Below are positions 28,445 to 40,624 of a stretch of 64,000 nt of DNA, one piece after another. How positions within the stretch are numbered: the first letter of the stretch is position 1; every line of letters starts with the position of its first letter. The notes under the pieces were generated by a model that saw only the letters and a list, made by a program, of their open reading frames with translations, had not been told where the DNA came from and did no database searches. A program made the translations under genes and the position numbers. This stretch comes from Trichoplax adhaerens (taxonomy: Eukaryota; Animalia; Placozoa), in assembly GCF_000150275.1 (NCBI RefSeq), contig NW_002060943.1, positions 3,988,008-4,052,007 of the forward strand, in the 5' to 3' direction.

Positions 28445-30144
28445 AATCAGTAGGCCAAGTATGCTTACATCAAGTACGTCTATCTCTGTCTCTCGACTTG
28501 CAATCCGTACAATTCTAATTGATGAACACAGGTTGTACTGTAGTTAACAACGATTGATACTTCAATTATACAATAATTTGCTTTTGTTGAATAACTATCA
28601 AACGCTTTAAACTAGTCCAGACGTTTATTGAACCAATTCAACGAATAAACACAATTTCAATGAGCCGACCATAAAATGATAATACTGTATTGAATTAAGC
28701 CTTCCTTCAATTTTCTGTCACTGTACATTGAAAAATTGCACGACATGTAAGAAAGATGGAGGAAATTGCTACGACCATGTCAGCCAATTGATGTAAAATA
28801 AAATATTCAACGTCACTTAATCAACCCAAGTTACAACAAGTAAAAACAAATACCTTCATTAAAAGCTCTAAAATCAAAGAAGGAATGAAAAAAAATTGGA
28901 ATTGCTGTCTTTGAAAAAATTGATCTTTCAAAGCTCGGAATCACTGGCGTACAGTTAGTTATTAATGGGAGGTAGGAAGGTGCAGAGAGCGTAAAATACC
29001 AGCAAGTGAAGTGAAATTTCCATACCATACGTACGTCGGGTGTGGATTCTCAGTGAAAATAATATAGAGACCGAACCGTCGTCCACTGTATGGTACTGTA
29101 TCGTACCGTATCGTAGAATCATTGACGTCTCGATGACTGAACCGTTGTTTTATCTCCTTTACAAGGTGACGTACAGGGTCGTGTCTCCAGCCCGTTGAGA
29201 TATCAGTTTTTTCTTATACTGTACACTGTACAGTTATCTTTACGCCGTAGCCTATCCCAGTCTGGATCGTGCTGTGAACTTATGCATGACTCGATCTCTT
29301 GAGTCCGAGATGTACTGTAGGTTGTTTAATACGCGTCAGCTGGAGCATACTGTCGTCGCATACGGAACTGTAACTACCGTGCAACACGATACTGAGGGTG
29401 AGTGACCGTAGTGTGTTGATGACTCCATACTGCTGTACTGTACACTGTACAGTACAGTAGTTCATACAGTACTGTACATGTACCGTGTACCATTCCATTA
29501 TGTCACTTTCGGGCAATATTTTTCTTTAAAAATACAGTAAAGCTATAATAGAATGATATATTTGGTTGATGGAGAGATTCTGAAAGATTTGAATCTGGTA
29601 AAGTTAGCAAGTTAAACTTGTTTTTAAGTCCATAAATAATGAAAGTATCACTGACCGTTACTGTATATCCCCATTTATGAATGATATCAGTAAAGTGAGT
29701 GTTGGCGCAAAACATCTCGAGTGTCTTTACTTGGTACTGTAGAAAATTTCGCGTTTAATTTGATTTTATGATTAAACCATACTGTGTAAAGGAAAAATTT
29801 AGATGTCAAGTTAAAATGTAACTCAAATGCTATGGAATGTAACAACTCTTAATCCAGTATTAATCAGCATTTGGTTATTAAGATTACTGGTTGATGCTTT
29901 TCAAAGTGACAAAATACTTTGATACACACTGTATGTTGACATAACAGTACAATGCGTCGTACGTCGCAAGACAAATGACGGTCAATGAGTTAACGAGTGA
30001 AGAATGAGCACACTTCCGTATCGATTCAGATGCGATCCGGTTGTGGGCCATGCCATGTTTGTTTGCGATGATTGCAGCAATTTTCCAACCATATAAATAT
30101 CGCTTAGTACACCCACAGAAATGAATAAAATAAATGCATGCCAA

Positions 30145-30545
30145 ATGTAAATAAATCAATGAAACAGGAAAAGGATTTAAAATTGAACATGAAATGAATT
30201 CATTTTATTCACTTGGCATACTATGTATGCCAAAAATAAATAAATCAATGAAACAGGAAAAGGATTTAAAATTGACCATAAGATGAAATCATTTTATTCA
30301 CTTGGCATACTATGTATGCCAAAAATAAATAAATCAATGAAACAGGAAAAGGATTTAAAATTGAACATGAAATGAATTCATTTTATTCACTTGGCATACT
30401 ATGTATGCCAAAAATAAATAAATCAATAAAACAGGAAAAAGATTTAAAATTGAACATGAAATAAATTCGTTTTATTCACTAGGCATACTATGTATGTCCA
30501 AAGTAAATAAATCAATGAAACAGGAAAGGGATTTAAAATTCAACA
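30145..30545. repeat. Tandem repeat, 89-bp unit x ~4.5, with internal hairpin
   Basis: Unit starts at 30151, 30240, 30329, 30418, 30507. Full copies carry TTGGCATAC-TAT-GTATGCCAA (fourth copy slightly degenerate). Confidence 0.93.
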
Positions 30546-31528
30546 TAAAATTGATCGTACACGTACAATGACGTAATAAGAAGGAAGATGAGTACCAGAG
30601 TTACGAGTATTAACCAGTGTCGGGCAAGCGTTTAACCAGTCATATTATGGAGATTCAAATTATCAATAAAGTACATTTCGCAACCATTATTTATAATTAT
30701 GCAATAGGTTGCACTAACAAGATAGAGATTCTATATTCACAACTAAGTTCCTTCAAATGCACTGTACCATCTGTACATACGTATATTAAACGTGCACTAA
30801 AATATTAATAACGGAAACGTAGAACAGTTAATTCTATTATGTAATTAATTATAAATCAGCGATATTGATGCTTTTAAAGTCAGTTATAGTACCCCCTAGA
30901 GTACAATTTACAGTAGAGTCTAACTGAAATACTGTATAGGATTGACAAAGTTGGTATCTCTATTAAGAGTATGTTCAACATACACAGCAGGCTCAACCAT
31001 GTTGATATCGATATCTTATATACTCAGCGTAAAAGACTTCAACAATGATACATCACTCTTATAGTCTATAACTCCAATTTTATGTCACTTTTCAAAGTGT
31101 AAGAATTTAAGAAATCAAATTCCAGACGAAGATAAATAAATTATCCATTTAGCCTCTTTTAATGAGTAGTATACAAGAGTACGGTATATACGTATTACAG
31201 TTATTAGGAACCTTATTGCTCCATGGTATATTAAGTTTCCGATATTTACACAAACAGTCAGTAGTTCATATGAATTGCATAAAATAGAATACATCATCAA
31301 TCAATCAATGCTAATACATTTGACACTTAAACTAATACAAGCAAGTATATTGAATAATAACTATGACAACTAAATCGCAATAATTCATATGGTAGCAATA
31401 TTAACTCAAGGTATATTACTCTTTTAATAAACGATTTTAAAGCAATGTAAAATTCGTTTCAAAAATTTAATTATTAGAATAAATATTTCTGAACAACAAA
31501 TTATTCAATCTATTGAGAAGCAGATAAG

Positions 31529-33467
31529 CTACTCAAATAATTTTTAAATTGTTCTTCAGATTCTTCTATCATTCGCATTTTCATATCTTCCTTCATGTGA
31601 GCACTAAGTAATTCTATTAGAGTCTTTTTCAGCTATAAAAAATCAGTAATCAAGTGGGGTTAGTCAGCACATAACAATAGTGATACACAATCAGTCTAAT
31701 TTATTACTGTGACTACATAGGTATTTTTTAATCATAGTCGTCCTTACTATTTCTTGTGCTGCATCTTTAAGTAATCCGTACATAATGCTATTGCTTTTAG
31801 TCGGTTCACAGCTATCTTCAATTGCGTTATGTTGATATAATAATACGCTTAGCATAATATCTGCAGATATACGAAACGATAATCAAAGTACAAGATTAAT
31901 CATTTTAGCAGACAGTAGAAGAAGATGCAGTTGAAATTATGATAGCTTCTTAACAGAAATGTCAAATTCATATTCTTCAAATTTAGAGATAACCACTACC
32001 ACTTTTAACTAAACCCGGTTATAAGGTTATTGAATCTAATATATCAACTTCTCACCTTCAATAACCCTTTCAGACGCTAGCCTAAATACTATATCTTTAC
32101 CACTACAGCTAAACATTTGATCCAATAAAACATCCAACATAACATGATCTGCTAACCTTTCTTGCGTTTGGTACAAAACCTATCATTGCACAAAAAAATA
32201 ATTTTACTGCACCTTCTCGTGTGTTACACACTAGATTATTCCTTAGGCGTATAATTAAAATGGACTTTTATAGTACGTGATTTCTACATGCCATAGTACC
32301 TTACAATGCTTACATTAACCCTATATTGATGTGTTAATGATGTTTTAGCTATTTACATTAAGTAAAATAGTTTTACCGTATCTCTTTCTTTTCTCGTAAG
32401 CTTTAGCTCATCTGCAATAACATGGCTGCAATCCAGCATGATAACTTCGTTAATAACTTCATCAATTATTTTATCGGCAATCTCCTCTACGGTATCGCTA
32501 GTTATCTACTCAATAATAGGACATAACGAAAAAATTAAGCTACTTGTTATCTGTTTCTAGTTAAATCACATTTAAGCAGTAAAGCAGCCCTCATTCATGA
32601 AATCATCTCAGTCATTGCATATCAACAAAATGCATAGTTTTAAGTATAAAAAAGCTTACCTCTTCCTTTGTGATTTGCTCATGAATTATGCTATAAGTAT
32701 CACTGGTGAAGCTGTGAGATAGATCATAAAACACGAAATTGTAGCATTGAATCAAATTAACAAAGTATTTTTCTGATCGTTTCGCACTAACATCGGGTTC
32801 TAATTGCTGATACACTAATTTTCTAAAAGTTCATGGATCAAGTTATTAGCTCCTGCGTTAACTGCAGCTCGTGATTGTTATACGCATACAATATACAGGC
32901 ATACGCAATAAAATAGTTTCTGATATAAATAAAGAGAGCATTACTTAGAAAAGATACTGCTATAATGTAACTTGTAGGACCTAAAATAAAATTACATATG
33001 TCAAGACTTATTACTATCAATATGATTTTGATTATTATGTTCAATTAGCCATTTTCCTCAAATTGTACCTCAATGGTGTAGCGTAACACAGAATTATACT
33101 GTACAAGAGATCAATTTCCAATACGCCATTCTGTAATACTGAACAATACTATATATGCATACTGTATATTCACGCAGGTAGGAGGTCATATTTACTAATA
33201 TTTTCGCGCTGTAAATAATAGTTCACTACAATATCACAACAACTCTTACATTCGTTGTGGAGTAGAGACATCCGTAACGTCGACATCGCTTGTATTTTTA
33301 TTCGTATTGAATGTACTCCGTAAAGGTAAGGAATCTAGCGAAGGTATTTGTCTGTTATTAGTAGATATCGTAGGCGGATCAATAGTATGACCATCACTGA
33401 TTTTTAGTTTGCCTCTTGCTAGCAATAATTGAGGAGTTTCTTGATGTATCCAATCCTCCTGCATCAT
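31529..33467 (-). CDS. Uncharacterised multi-exon protein (helical, acidic)
   Basis: Several GT-AG bounded exons with open, protein-like frames (ITSDTVEEIADKIIDEVINEVIMLD; VLYQTQERLADHVMLDVLLDQMF; LKKTLIELLSAHMKEDMKMRMIEESEEQFKKLFE*). 5' structure and start not resolved; no family recognised. Confidence 0.55.
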
Positions 33468-34859
33468 TGTAGTGAATCAATGAACTACTCTAAAACTCGC
33501 GTTTCACTTTTTACTGGTACAGCATCACTAGGGACGTTTCTGGTTTCCCAGGAAACTTACAGTACAATGCGGTACAGTACACAGCAAGCTAAACTGTACA
33601 GTATGTACTGTAGGTGTTTGCATCTCCAATTGTCCATGGTGTTTGTGAACGTCAAGGACCGTCAATCAACAGCATCGATAACATCTGCTACAGTACGCAA
33701 CAGGTCTGCGCGAGTACACGGTATAAAGTTACTGAACCTCTGACAGGTCTATCAAATGGTAATACTATCTGTTAAATGAGCACATTATCGTAAACCGTCA
33801 GCAAAGCGACGGGAGTTTGTACCAGTGTACTTTACATGTTCAGTGTTCTGCACATATCACAGCGAATATTTAAGTAAAATAGTATTAAATTATCCCAACG
33901 ATTGCACTGAAATGTATTTTACTTCGATAAGATACGAGTGTACCCGTCCCGTAGAGCCTATTGTGCGACGTGCGTGCTTGATCAAGTAGTGGCGACTGCC
34001 GAATAAGCAGTACGTGTAATTAAAGCAGAAGTTCAAATGCTAGCATAGAGTATAGACTACATACTGACGTACTGAATATACTGTACATGAACTAGAGATA
34101 TACGAGTATTTAGCAAGTTTTAATAGCACGTCAAAAGTACTGTACAGTGTATAGTATCAACTGAAACTGTCACGTTGAAGTCTACCCTGTTGAGATAGTA
34201 ACAAGATGATTTTCTAACCACGTTTTGATTTAGAGGTTGATTTTGATATTTTTGTAATGTGCCAGGTCATATACATATATTAGATCCAAGACTATGTAGG
34301 ATAACAATCAAACACGACATACAGATGATTCAGAATAAGGTTTTATTGCGAAAATACAGGATCAAGATCGATATTCCGAGATAGCTATGTAACAACTAAT
34401 GTAGAGTATATGTACTGTATTATATAGCAAAAGCAATACTATTTACTATTTAACAGTCTTATACTGTACAGTACAACTGAAAACATATAATTGTATAAGC
34501 TAAATCAGGCCCAAACTAGATAAGAGCTCTATATTTGGTTGTAGCCTAATAACTCAGGAATACCAATTTGGTTCTTATTTCTCTAGATATTCTATACTTT
34601 TCCGGTATATCTTAGGAGATATCCTTCTACGAGTATATATATAAATACTATACAGGAATTTCAACGGAATACAACTTTGATTATTGAATTAACGAAGGGG
34701 AGACATCGAAAATAATCAGATTGTATGCAGTTAGGCTCCAGTACGTATACTCTGCAACTACAGTACATTGCTTCATAATATAATTATCATAGTCCTTATC
34801 TACTTGTACTGTAGTCAATGTTCCTACACATATCACAGTTTTTCATTTATTTAATGTTC

Positions 34860-35159
34860 TCAATTATCTGGCAGTTTTTCTTTATTTCTAGGAGGATCAT
34901 TCTTATGTATCAGCTTGGTTTCCATTTTTCTTCTTGTTTCAGTAGATGTATTTCCATGTGTCCGTTTGTACTCAAAGTTTTCTATATTTTTTAATTTACC
35001 AGACCTTTCATGTTCGCCTTTTCTTCTTGCGAGGTTATTTGTTTCACCCACATACTTGACGTCATTTTTAGAATTAGTATGTCTATAAACGCCTTGACTT
35101 GATGGCGGTGGATTAGATCCGGAAGGATCACTCTTGTTATATCGACCAGCAGGTATCAT
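34860..35159 (-). CDS. Stand-alone GIY-YIG nuclease domain protein, 99 aa, intronless
   Basis: PPPSSQGVYR-x9-YVGETNNLARRKGEH ... RKMETKLIHKNDPPRN matches the GIY-YIG layout G-V-Y, Y-V-G, R, H, E, N. ATG has a purine at -3; AATAAA follows the stop. Confidence 0.85.
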   Translation of the reverse strand: MIPAGRYNKSDPSGSNPPPSSQGVYRHTNSKNDVKYVGETNNLARRKGEHERSGKLKNIENFEYKRTHGNTSTETRRKMETKLIHKNDPPRNKEKLPDN

Positions 35160-35255
35160 CGCCGTAATATTCTTTTCTTCGAGCTAAATTAATCCGCTGT
35201 CGTCTGTAATAAGTCCTCGAACAAATGTAGAGAATAGAAGGACACTTGAAGTGCG

Positions 35256-35293
35256 AACTAATAAAATATGACAGCAACGTTCATGTATATATA
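35256..35293 (-). promoter_or_regulatory. Putative TATA box plus initiator of the GIY-YIG gene
   Basis: Minus-strand TATATATA (35293-35286) lies ~30-34 nt before Inr-like TTAGTT (35261-35256), ~100 nt upstream of the ATG. Confidence 0.5.
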
Positions 35294-36435
35294 ATCTCTA
35301 CTGTACTATCATGGAATATTCTAGAACTTACTAGTAGTTATTAAAATATACATAGAATGAGTATTCTCGAAGGTTCTGCATACAGTACATATGAGGTTCG
35401 AATACGTGCGCATCTAAGACTGATCCTTACGAAGTCATTCTACAGTACTAATCCTAGTACAAGTCTACATTGTACAGTATCTTAGCCAGTATTGTATAAT
35501 TAATGTTAATGTTATTTTAACGTTATATCAAATTTCATAAGTACCTTCAAAAAGTACCAAGGACTACTAGATGCAATTTAGTAGTCCATGACAGTACTGT
35601 ACACTGTACACTACAGTGTAGTGTTATCGTTCACAGAATGATGGATGATTCTGTGAGAAAAGTTCAAATAATTGACGTTTTACCGGATGGCGGTCTGGTA
35701 TTTCAGATCCTGAACTCTCTCGCATGAATGTACGGTAACATACAGCATATGAATAAATCTATTTGGAAACAACAAACTCGAAGGAGAAAAAGCAAGAAAG
35801 TTCTATTTTTGAAGTCATGTCATATCGCCGCAAAAGTTGCTAACTGTAAATATTACGTCCATAGAATTTTTTTTCTTACTCTATGATTACGTCATACGCA
35901 CAGTATACTGTCCATTTTATACGAGTACAGTACAGTACCAGCTGAATGTGTTGGTATCAATGCAGTCCATACGTTTGTACTGTTTTGTATTACTAATACG
36001 AAGGTATGTCCAAAAATGTGGCACCAATTTACGGAAAGTTTACGGAAAATGGAACGGAATTCCTACTTTCTGGAACATACTGCGCAGTGTACAGTACAAT
36101 TGAAGTGTACATTAAAGGGTCTCTACTCTCTAGTGTACATTTGTACTAATTTATGGAATGGAACATAAAACATGCGCACGCGATACAAGTGTTCCACTGT
36201 AGTGTACTGTATTTTGGTAAGATCAGGGACTACTGTACAGTACTAAAAGGAAAGAAAGAGGGACTCAAAGCGGCCATCAATGTGCCATTAATATTACAGA
36301 CATGCGGATACACTTGAAATAACCCCAAAAAGTGATCGGCCTCCACATAATTACTAGTATACGAGTAGTCAGCGATTGCTTTACGTCAGTGCTCCATACA
36401 ATCCCAATGTTGGCTGTTTAACAGCCTTTTCTTTC

Positions 36436-36596
36436 TACTGTACTTTGTATTGTACTGTACAGCACAGCATAACAAGTACAGTACAGTACAGTACAGTACT
36501 GTAGACCTGACTGTAGCTATCTTCACCAGAATCACGACAACAGTACAGTACAGCGTACTGTACACTGTACAGTGCCGTACTGTACACTGTACGGTA
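36436..36596. repeat. TACAG/CTGTA low-complexity cluster upstream of ATP6V1C
   Basis: Runs such as GTACAGTACAGTACAGTACAGTACTGTA. Similar clusters occur at other gene 5' ends. Confidence 0.8.
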
Positions 36597-36865
36597 GTCC
36601 TGGGAAGTTCTGGATTTGCAGAATGTGATGATCACATGATCATCGGATGCGCTTGCGTTGATACTAGTGTCGAGCATTCCATATGTCACCAATCTCTTCC
36701 AAAGCTCCGTCAAGTTGGAGCAGTTGTGCTGGTTGAAATCGCTGCTTGTTGCTCGATTCGACATTTACCTTGATTCAAATTGATATAATTCACCTGTAAG
36801 TATTCAGTGGACAACGATTGCCATCATAAATGGGTATGATATAAGTTCTTTTCTATTTTAGATCC

Positions 36866-39800
36866 ATGGCTAGTCAAGAGTATTGGTTGATTTCTGCACC
36901 AGGTGACAAAACCTGCCAGCAAACATGGGACAAGCTACAAGCTGCAACTTCAAAGATAGAAAAGCCACTATCGATCAACTCCAAGTACCAGCTGCCAGAT
37001 TTGAAGGTAACATTTTGCATAGAATAATACTTCCTAGCCAATAAATCTCCTATTGATCATGGTATTATGATCGATAACAATGATTAACATTGGAAGAATA
37101 TCGATCATCGCTTGATCATTAGGCCAACTCTGTTTTTTCTCATTTGTTAGCCCCGATCATAGTCAATTCATCAAGTATTCAATAGACATCGTAGAATTGT
37201 CTGAATCACACTGTCATAAATCATCATTATGTAATCTATCCTATCGATTCTAATAAATGATATTACGATACATTACTTTAATACGTTATCCTAGCCAGAA
37301 GATGTTTGATCACGTTACATTGTACAACTGCAGTCGATCATGACAGTACGCACAACATGGAGGGTACTTTCCATTTCTATCCATTACTATTACACTACTA
37401 CGTTACACCCAACTGCCACCGGCCCACCGCATTGTCAAAGTTAAAATTAAAATTGCTAATCTTGTCTAATTTTTAGTTCTTTGCTAATAATACCATGCGA
37501 TAAATATCGTTATGGCCACTATCACTTCATTGAATCCGAAAAATTTCCAATAGATAGCGCACTATTCACCCAGCATGTTGGTAATGGTGACGTTTTTACT
37601 TCCCTACCGTCTTCAACTGCTGCACCATATGACATTTCTTAATTAGTTGCTCTAGTAAAAGATACATCAATGAATCAGTCAGTAATGATTTCAATCGATC
37701 TATTTGAAGAATAGGTTGTTTCAACAACTTGATCAGTCTTACATCTTGAAAGGATAAGTAGCTAATAAGAGTATCATCGTAATGAATGCTAAATGGTACA
37801 GTTCTTTTTTCCTTTTTCAAAAAATATGGCGTGATAACACTTAATTTTTAGTAATGATAACAAACTGATTGACCATTCATATCAATCGTTTTGTAACAAG
37901 TTATTATACGATACATTAACTCGTCCAATATTCCAAAAGACTTGTTGTACACTGCAATACTACTGTAAGCAGAGCCCTCTATATAGCAGTATCCACGGAA
38001 TAACTTCTCGAGAAGTTAACGTTAAGAAACAACATAGTGCATATAAAAATAATAATTACCGTGCATATTTTGTTTTATTGAACAGATTGTCGTATTCACG
38101 TACGCGTATACTTACTGTACATTTGCAAATTCTACTGCATGTATATGCGTACTACCATGTATGCGGCATATTGTATGCCTATGATGTATGAATTAAAAAA
38201 GTAAAGCCCAATTAGAACAACAATATTTATATCTTCATTGACTTTGAACAGGTCGGTACTCTAGATACTTTGGTTGGATTATCCGATGACCTAGTCAAAG
38301 TGGATGGATATGTCGAAGGTGTAACGAGAAAACTTACTCAATATATGGCTGACATCTTGGAAGAACAAAAGGTTAAGAGATTAATTGATCTATTCTAGAC
38401 AATTGATAAAACTGCAACGGTTCACTTTATACTGGATTTAAGGCTATAGTATTTTCTCATCATATTACATAGAACTGTGGCTGGACTATTCTAATCTAAA
38501 ATATTGCAATATATATACTACTAAGAATTCGTGATTATACGTACTGTACTACTTACAGATTAATCCTAATTTAACTATAGTATAACTCCTGTAATAAACT
38601 GTAGAGAGTGTTTGCAATTATAGAAAGTTGTATCATATGATTACAAAATCTGAAGGACTAATCTAAAATAAGCTTTTTAATACTATTCATCATCAGGATA
38701 AACTTCCAGAAAATATGAAAGTTTCTGGACGTAAGTATTCTAACTGTATTTCGCTAAAATTGGAAATAATCTATGAAATTTTTAAATAATGTTACTGAAA
38801 ATGGCCAAAAAACCTAATTGTGCTTAGATGATTTACAAACGTACATGTCCAAATGGCAATGGGATCATGCTAAGTATCCCGTTAAGCAACATTTAAGGAG
38901 TATCGTTGAAATCATCAACAAGGCAAGACATCCTCATTGAATTCTTATAAATTACCGGGCAATTTAAGATTATATTTATGTATTAACTTGGCGCTTATTT
39001 GCTAGGATTAGATCCCTAATTATAATTGATTCGTACCTAATTAGATACTAACTGTAATTATTCTTTGGATTTTCTAGCAAGTTACAAACATTGATGCAGA
39101 TCTTAAAGTTAAATCCCAGGCGTATAATGCCATTAAGAATACCCTGCAGTCATTAGAGCGCAAACAAGCGTAAGTTGATATTATACGATACCTTAATGAA
39201 TAAGTAACATTTAGAAGAAGCAACTAAGCACTGTTACTGTGCAAGCCGTGGTATTAATTGATCACCATTATAATTTTAACATCGATTGCTACAATTTTTA
39301 GGGGTAGTTTATTATCCCGTGATCTAAGTGACTTGGTGAAAAAGGAGGATTTTGTCTTGAATTCGGAATATTTATCAACCCTGTTGGTTATTGTCTCTAA
39401 GTATGCTATGCCAGATAAATTTTGAGAAGTTTTCAGTGCGACGCTATTAGACAGAGAAATACTTATTTTTAGGTCTTCCGTCAATGATTGGACTAATAAT
39501 TACGAAAAGTTATGCGATATGATCGTTCCACGATCTTCAAAGTATGCTGATGATTGAAATTTATTAAATCGTATTAATTTTATAACTTATTATGACTATA
39601 CAATCCTCTGATATAGTTAATTTTTATCGTCTTTTGCATAGAAAAATCTACGAAGACAACGAGCATGCCCTTTTTAGCGTCACTCTCTTTAATAAAGTTA
39701 TCGATGAATTTAAGCATCACGCTCGTGATAACAGGTTATTCATGTTATGTTTTCTTCTACATATTATCGCTACATTATCATTATTGCCTGGAACTAAATA

Positions 39801-40624
39801 CCAGTTCCAATTTAGGTTTATAGTACGTGATTTTAAATATAATGAAGCAGAAGTTCAAGCCGGCAAGAGCGAAATTACCCGATTAGAAGCCGATAAGAAA
39901 AAACAATTCGTACGCTTTTCGTATAGCAGATCTTTTCTTGGTTTTGCACTTTTTTCTAATTGTTAACTGTATTTTAAGGGACCCTTAATGCGTTGGCTGA
40001 AAACCAACTTTGGTGAATGTGTTATTGCCTTTGTTCACATCAAAGTTTGTAGCTTTACAATTTATTGACGAATTTGCAAATCTATTGCAGGAAGGGGCGA
40101 TCAGTTTTAATTAAATGATGTATTTTTTTTTCATTATTATAGGTATTACGGCTATTTGTTGAATCTGTTTTAAGGTTAGACGGGTTGCGGTATTCCTCTT
40201 AATGCAACAATTACGTTTTTAACTTTCCTGATCAATTTTTATTAGATATGGACTTCCAGTAAACTTTCAAGCCGCTTTACTTCTGGTAATCGTACATTTG
40301 AATGCGTACTAAATGTATTTATGATGGTACTCATTAAATAATATCTTTTTATAACAAATAGCCCACTAAGAAAAGTAGTAAGAGGTTAAGGGAGGCCTTG
40401 ATGAATTTGTATCGTCATTTAGATAGCACCGCGAATACTAATCTTGATGTAAGTTACAGAGTTGTGCATCAGTTCATAAATTGATAAAGATATAACATCT
40501 TGATATGTTTACAATTATGCCTTTATAGATTGGATTTGAGATCCCAGGAGTCACCACTCAGCAAGGAGATTATTATCCTTATGTATACTTTCCCGTTAAT
40601 GTTGATTTCAGTGTTGCTAACTGA
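36866..40624 (+). CDS. ATP6V1C: V-type proton ATPase subunit C
   Basis: [68 protein letters not shown] and DYYPYVYF motifs. Possible 5'-UTR intron at 36796-36861. Confidence 0.95.
38923..39077 (+). other. Non-canonical GC-AG intron in ATP6V1C
   Basis: AAG|GCAAGA donor joins IVEIINK to [10 protein letters not shown] in frame; no GT donor at this conserved position. Confidence 0.8.

Noticed and set aside
30145-30545. CRISPR-like appearance (palindromic repeat at regular spacing)
   Set aside because: The intervening sequences are near-identical rather than unique spacers, there are no cas genes, and the context is eukaryotic.
34300-35700. Penelope-like retroelement or homing-intron origin for the GIY-YIG ORF
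   Set aside because: No RT frame, pseudo-LTRs, terminal repeats or group I intron context seen; a search is still needed to exclude it fully.
36435-36773. Overlapping 107-109 aa ORFs rich in YSTV/CTV
   Set aside because: They are translations of the TACAG low-complexity promoter cluster; the same applies to the ORFs at 29280-29516 and 47589-47970.
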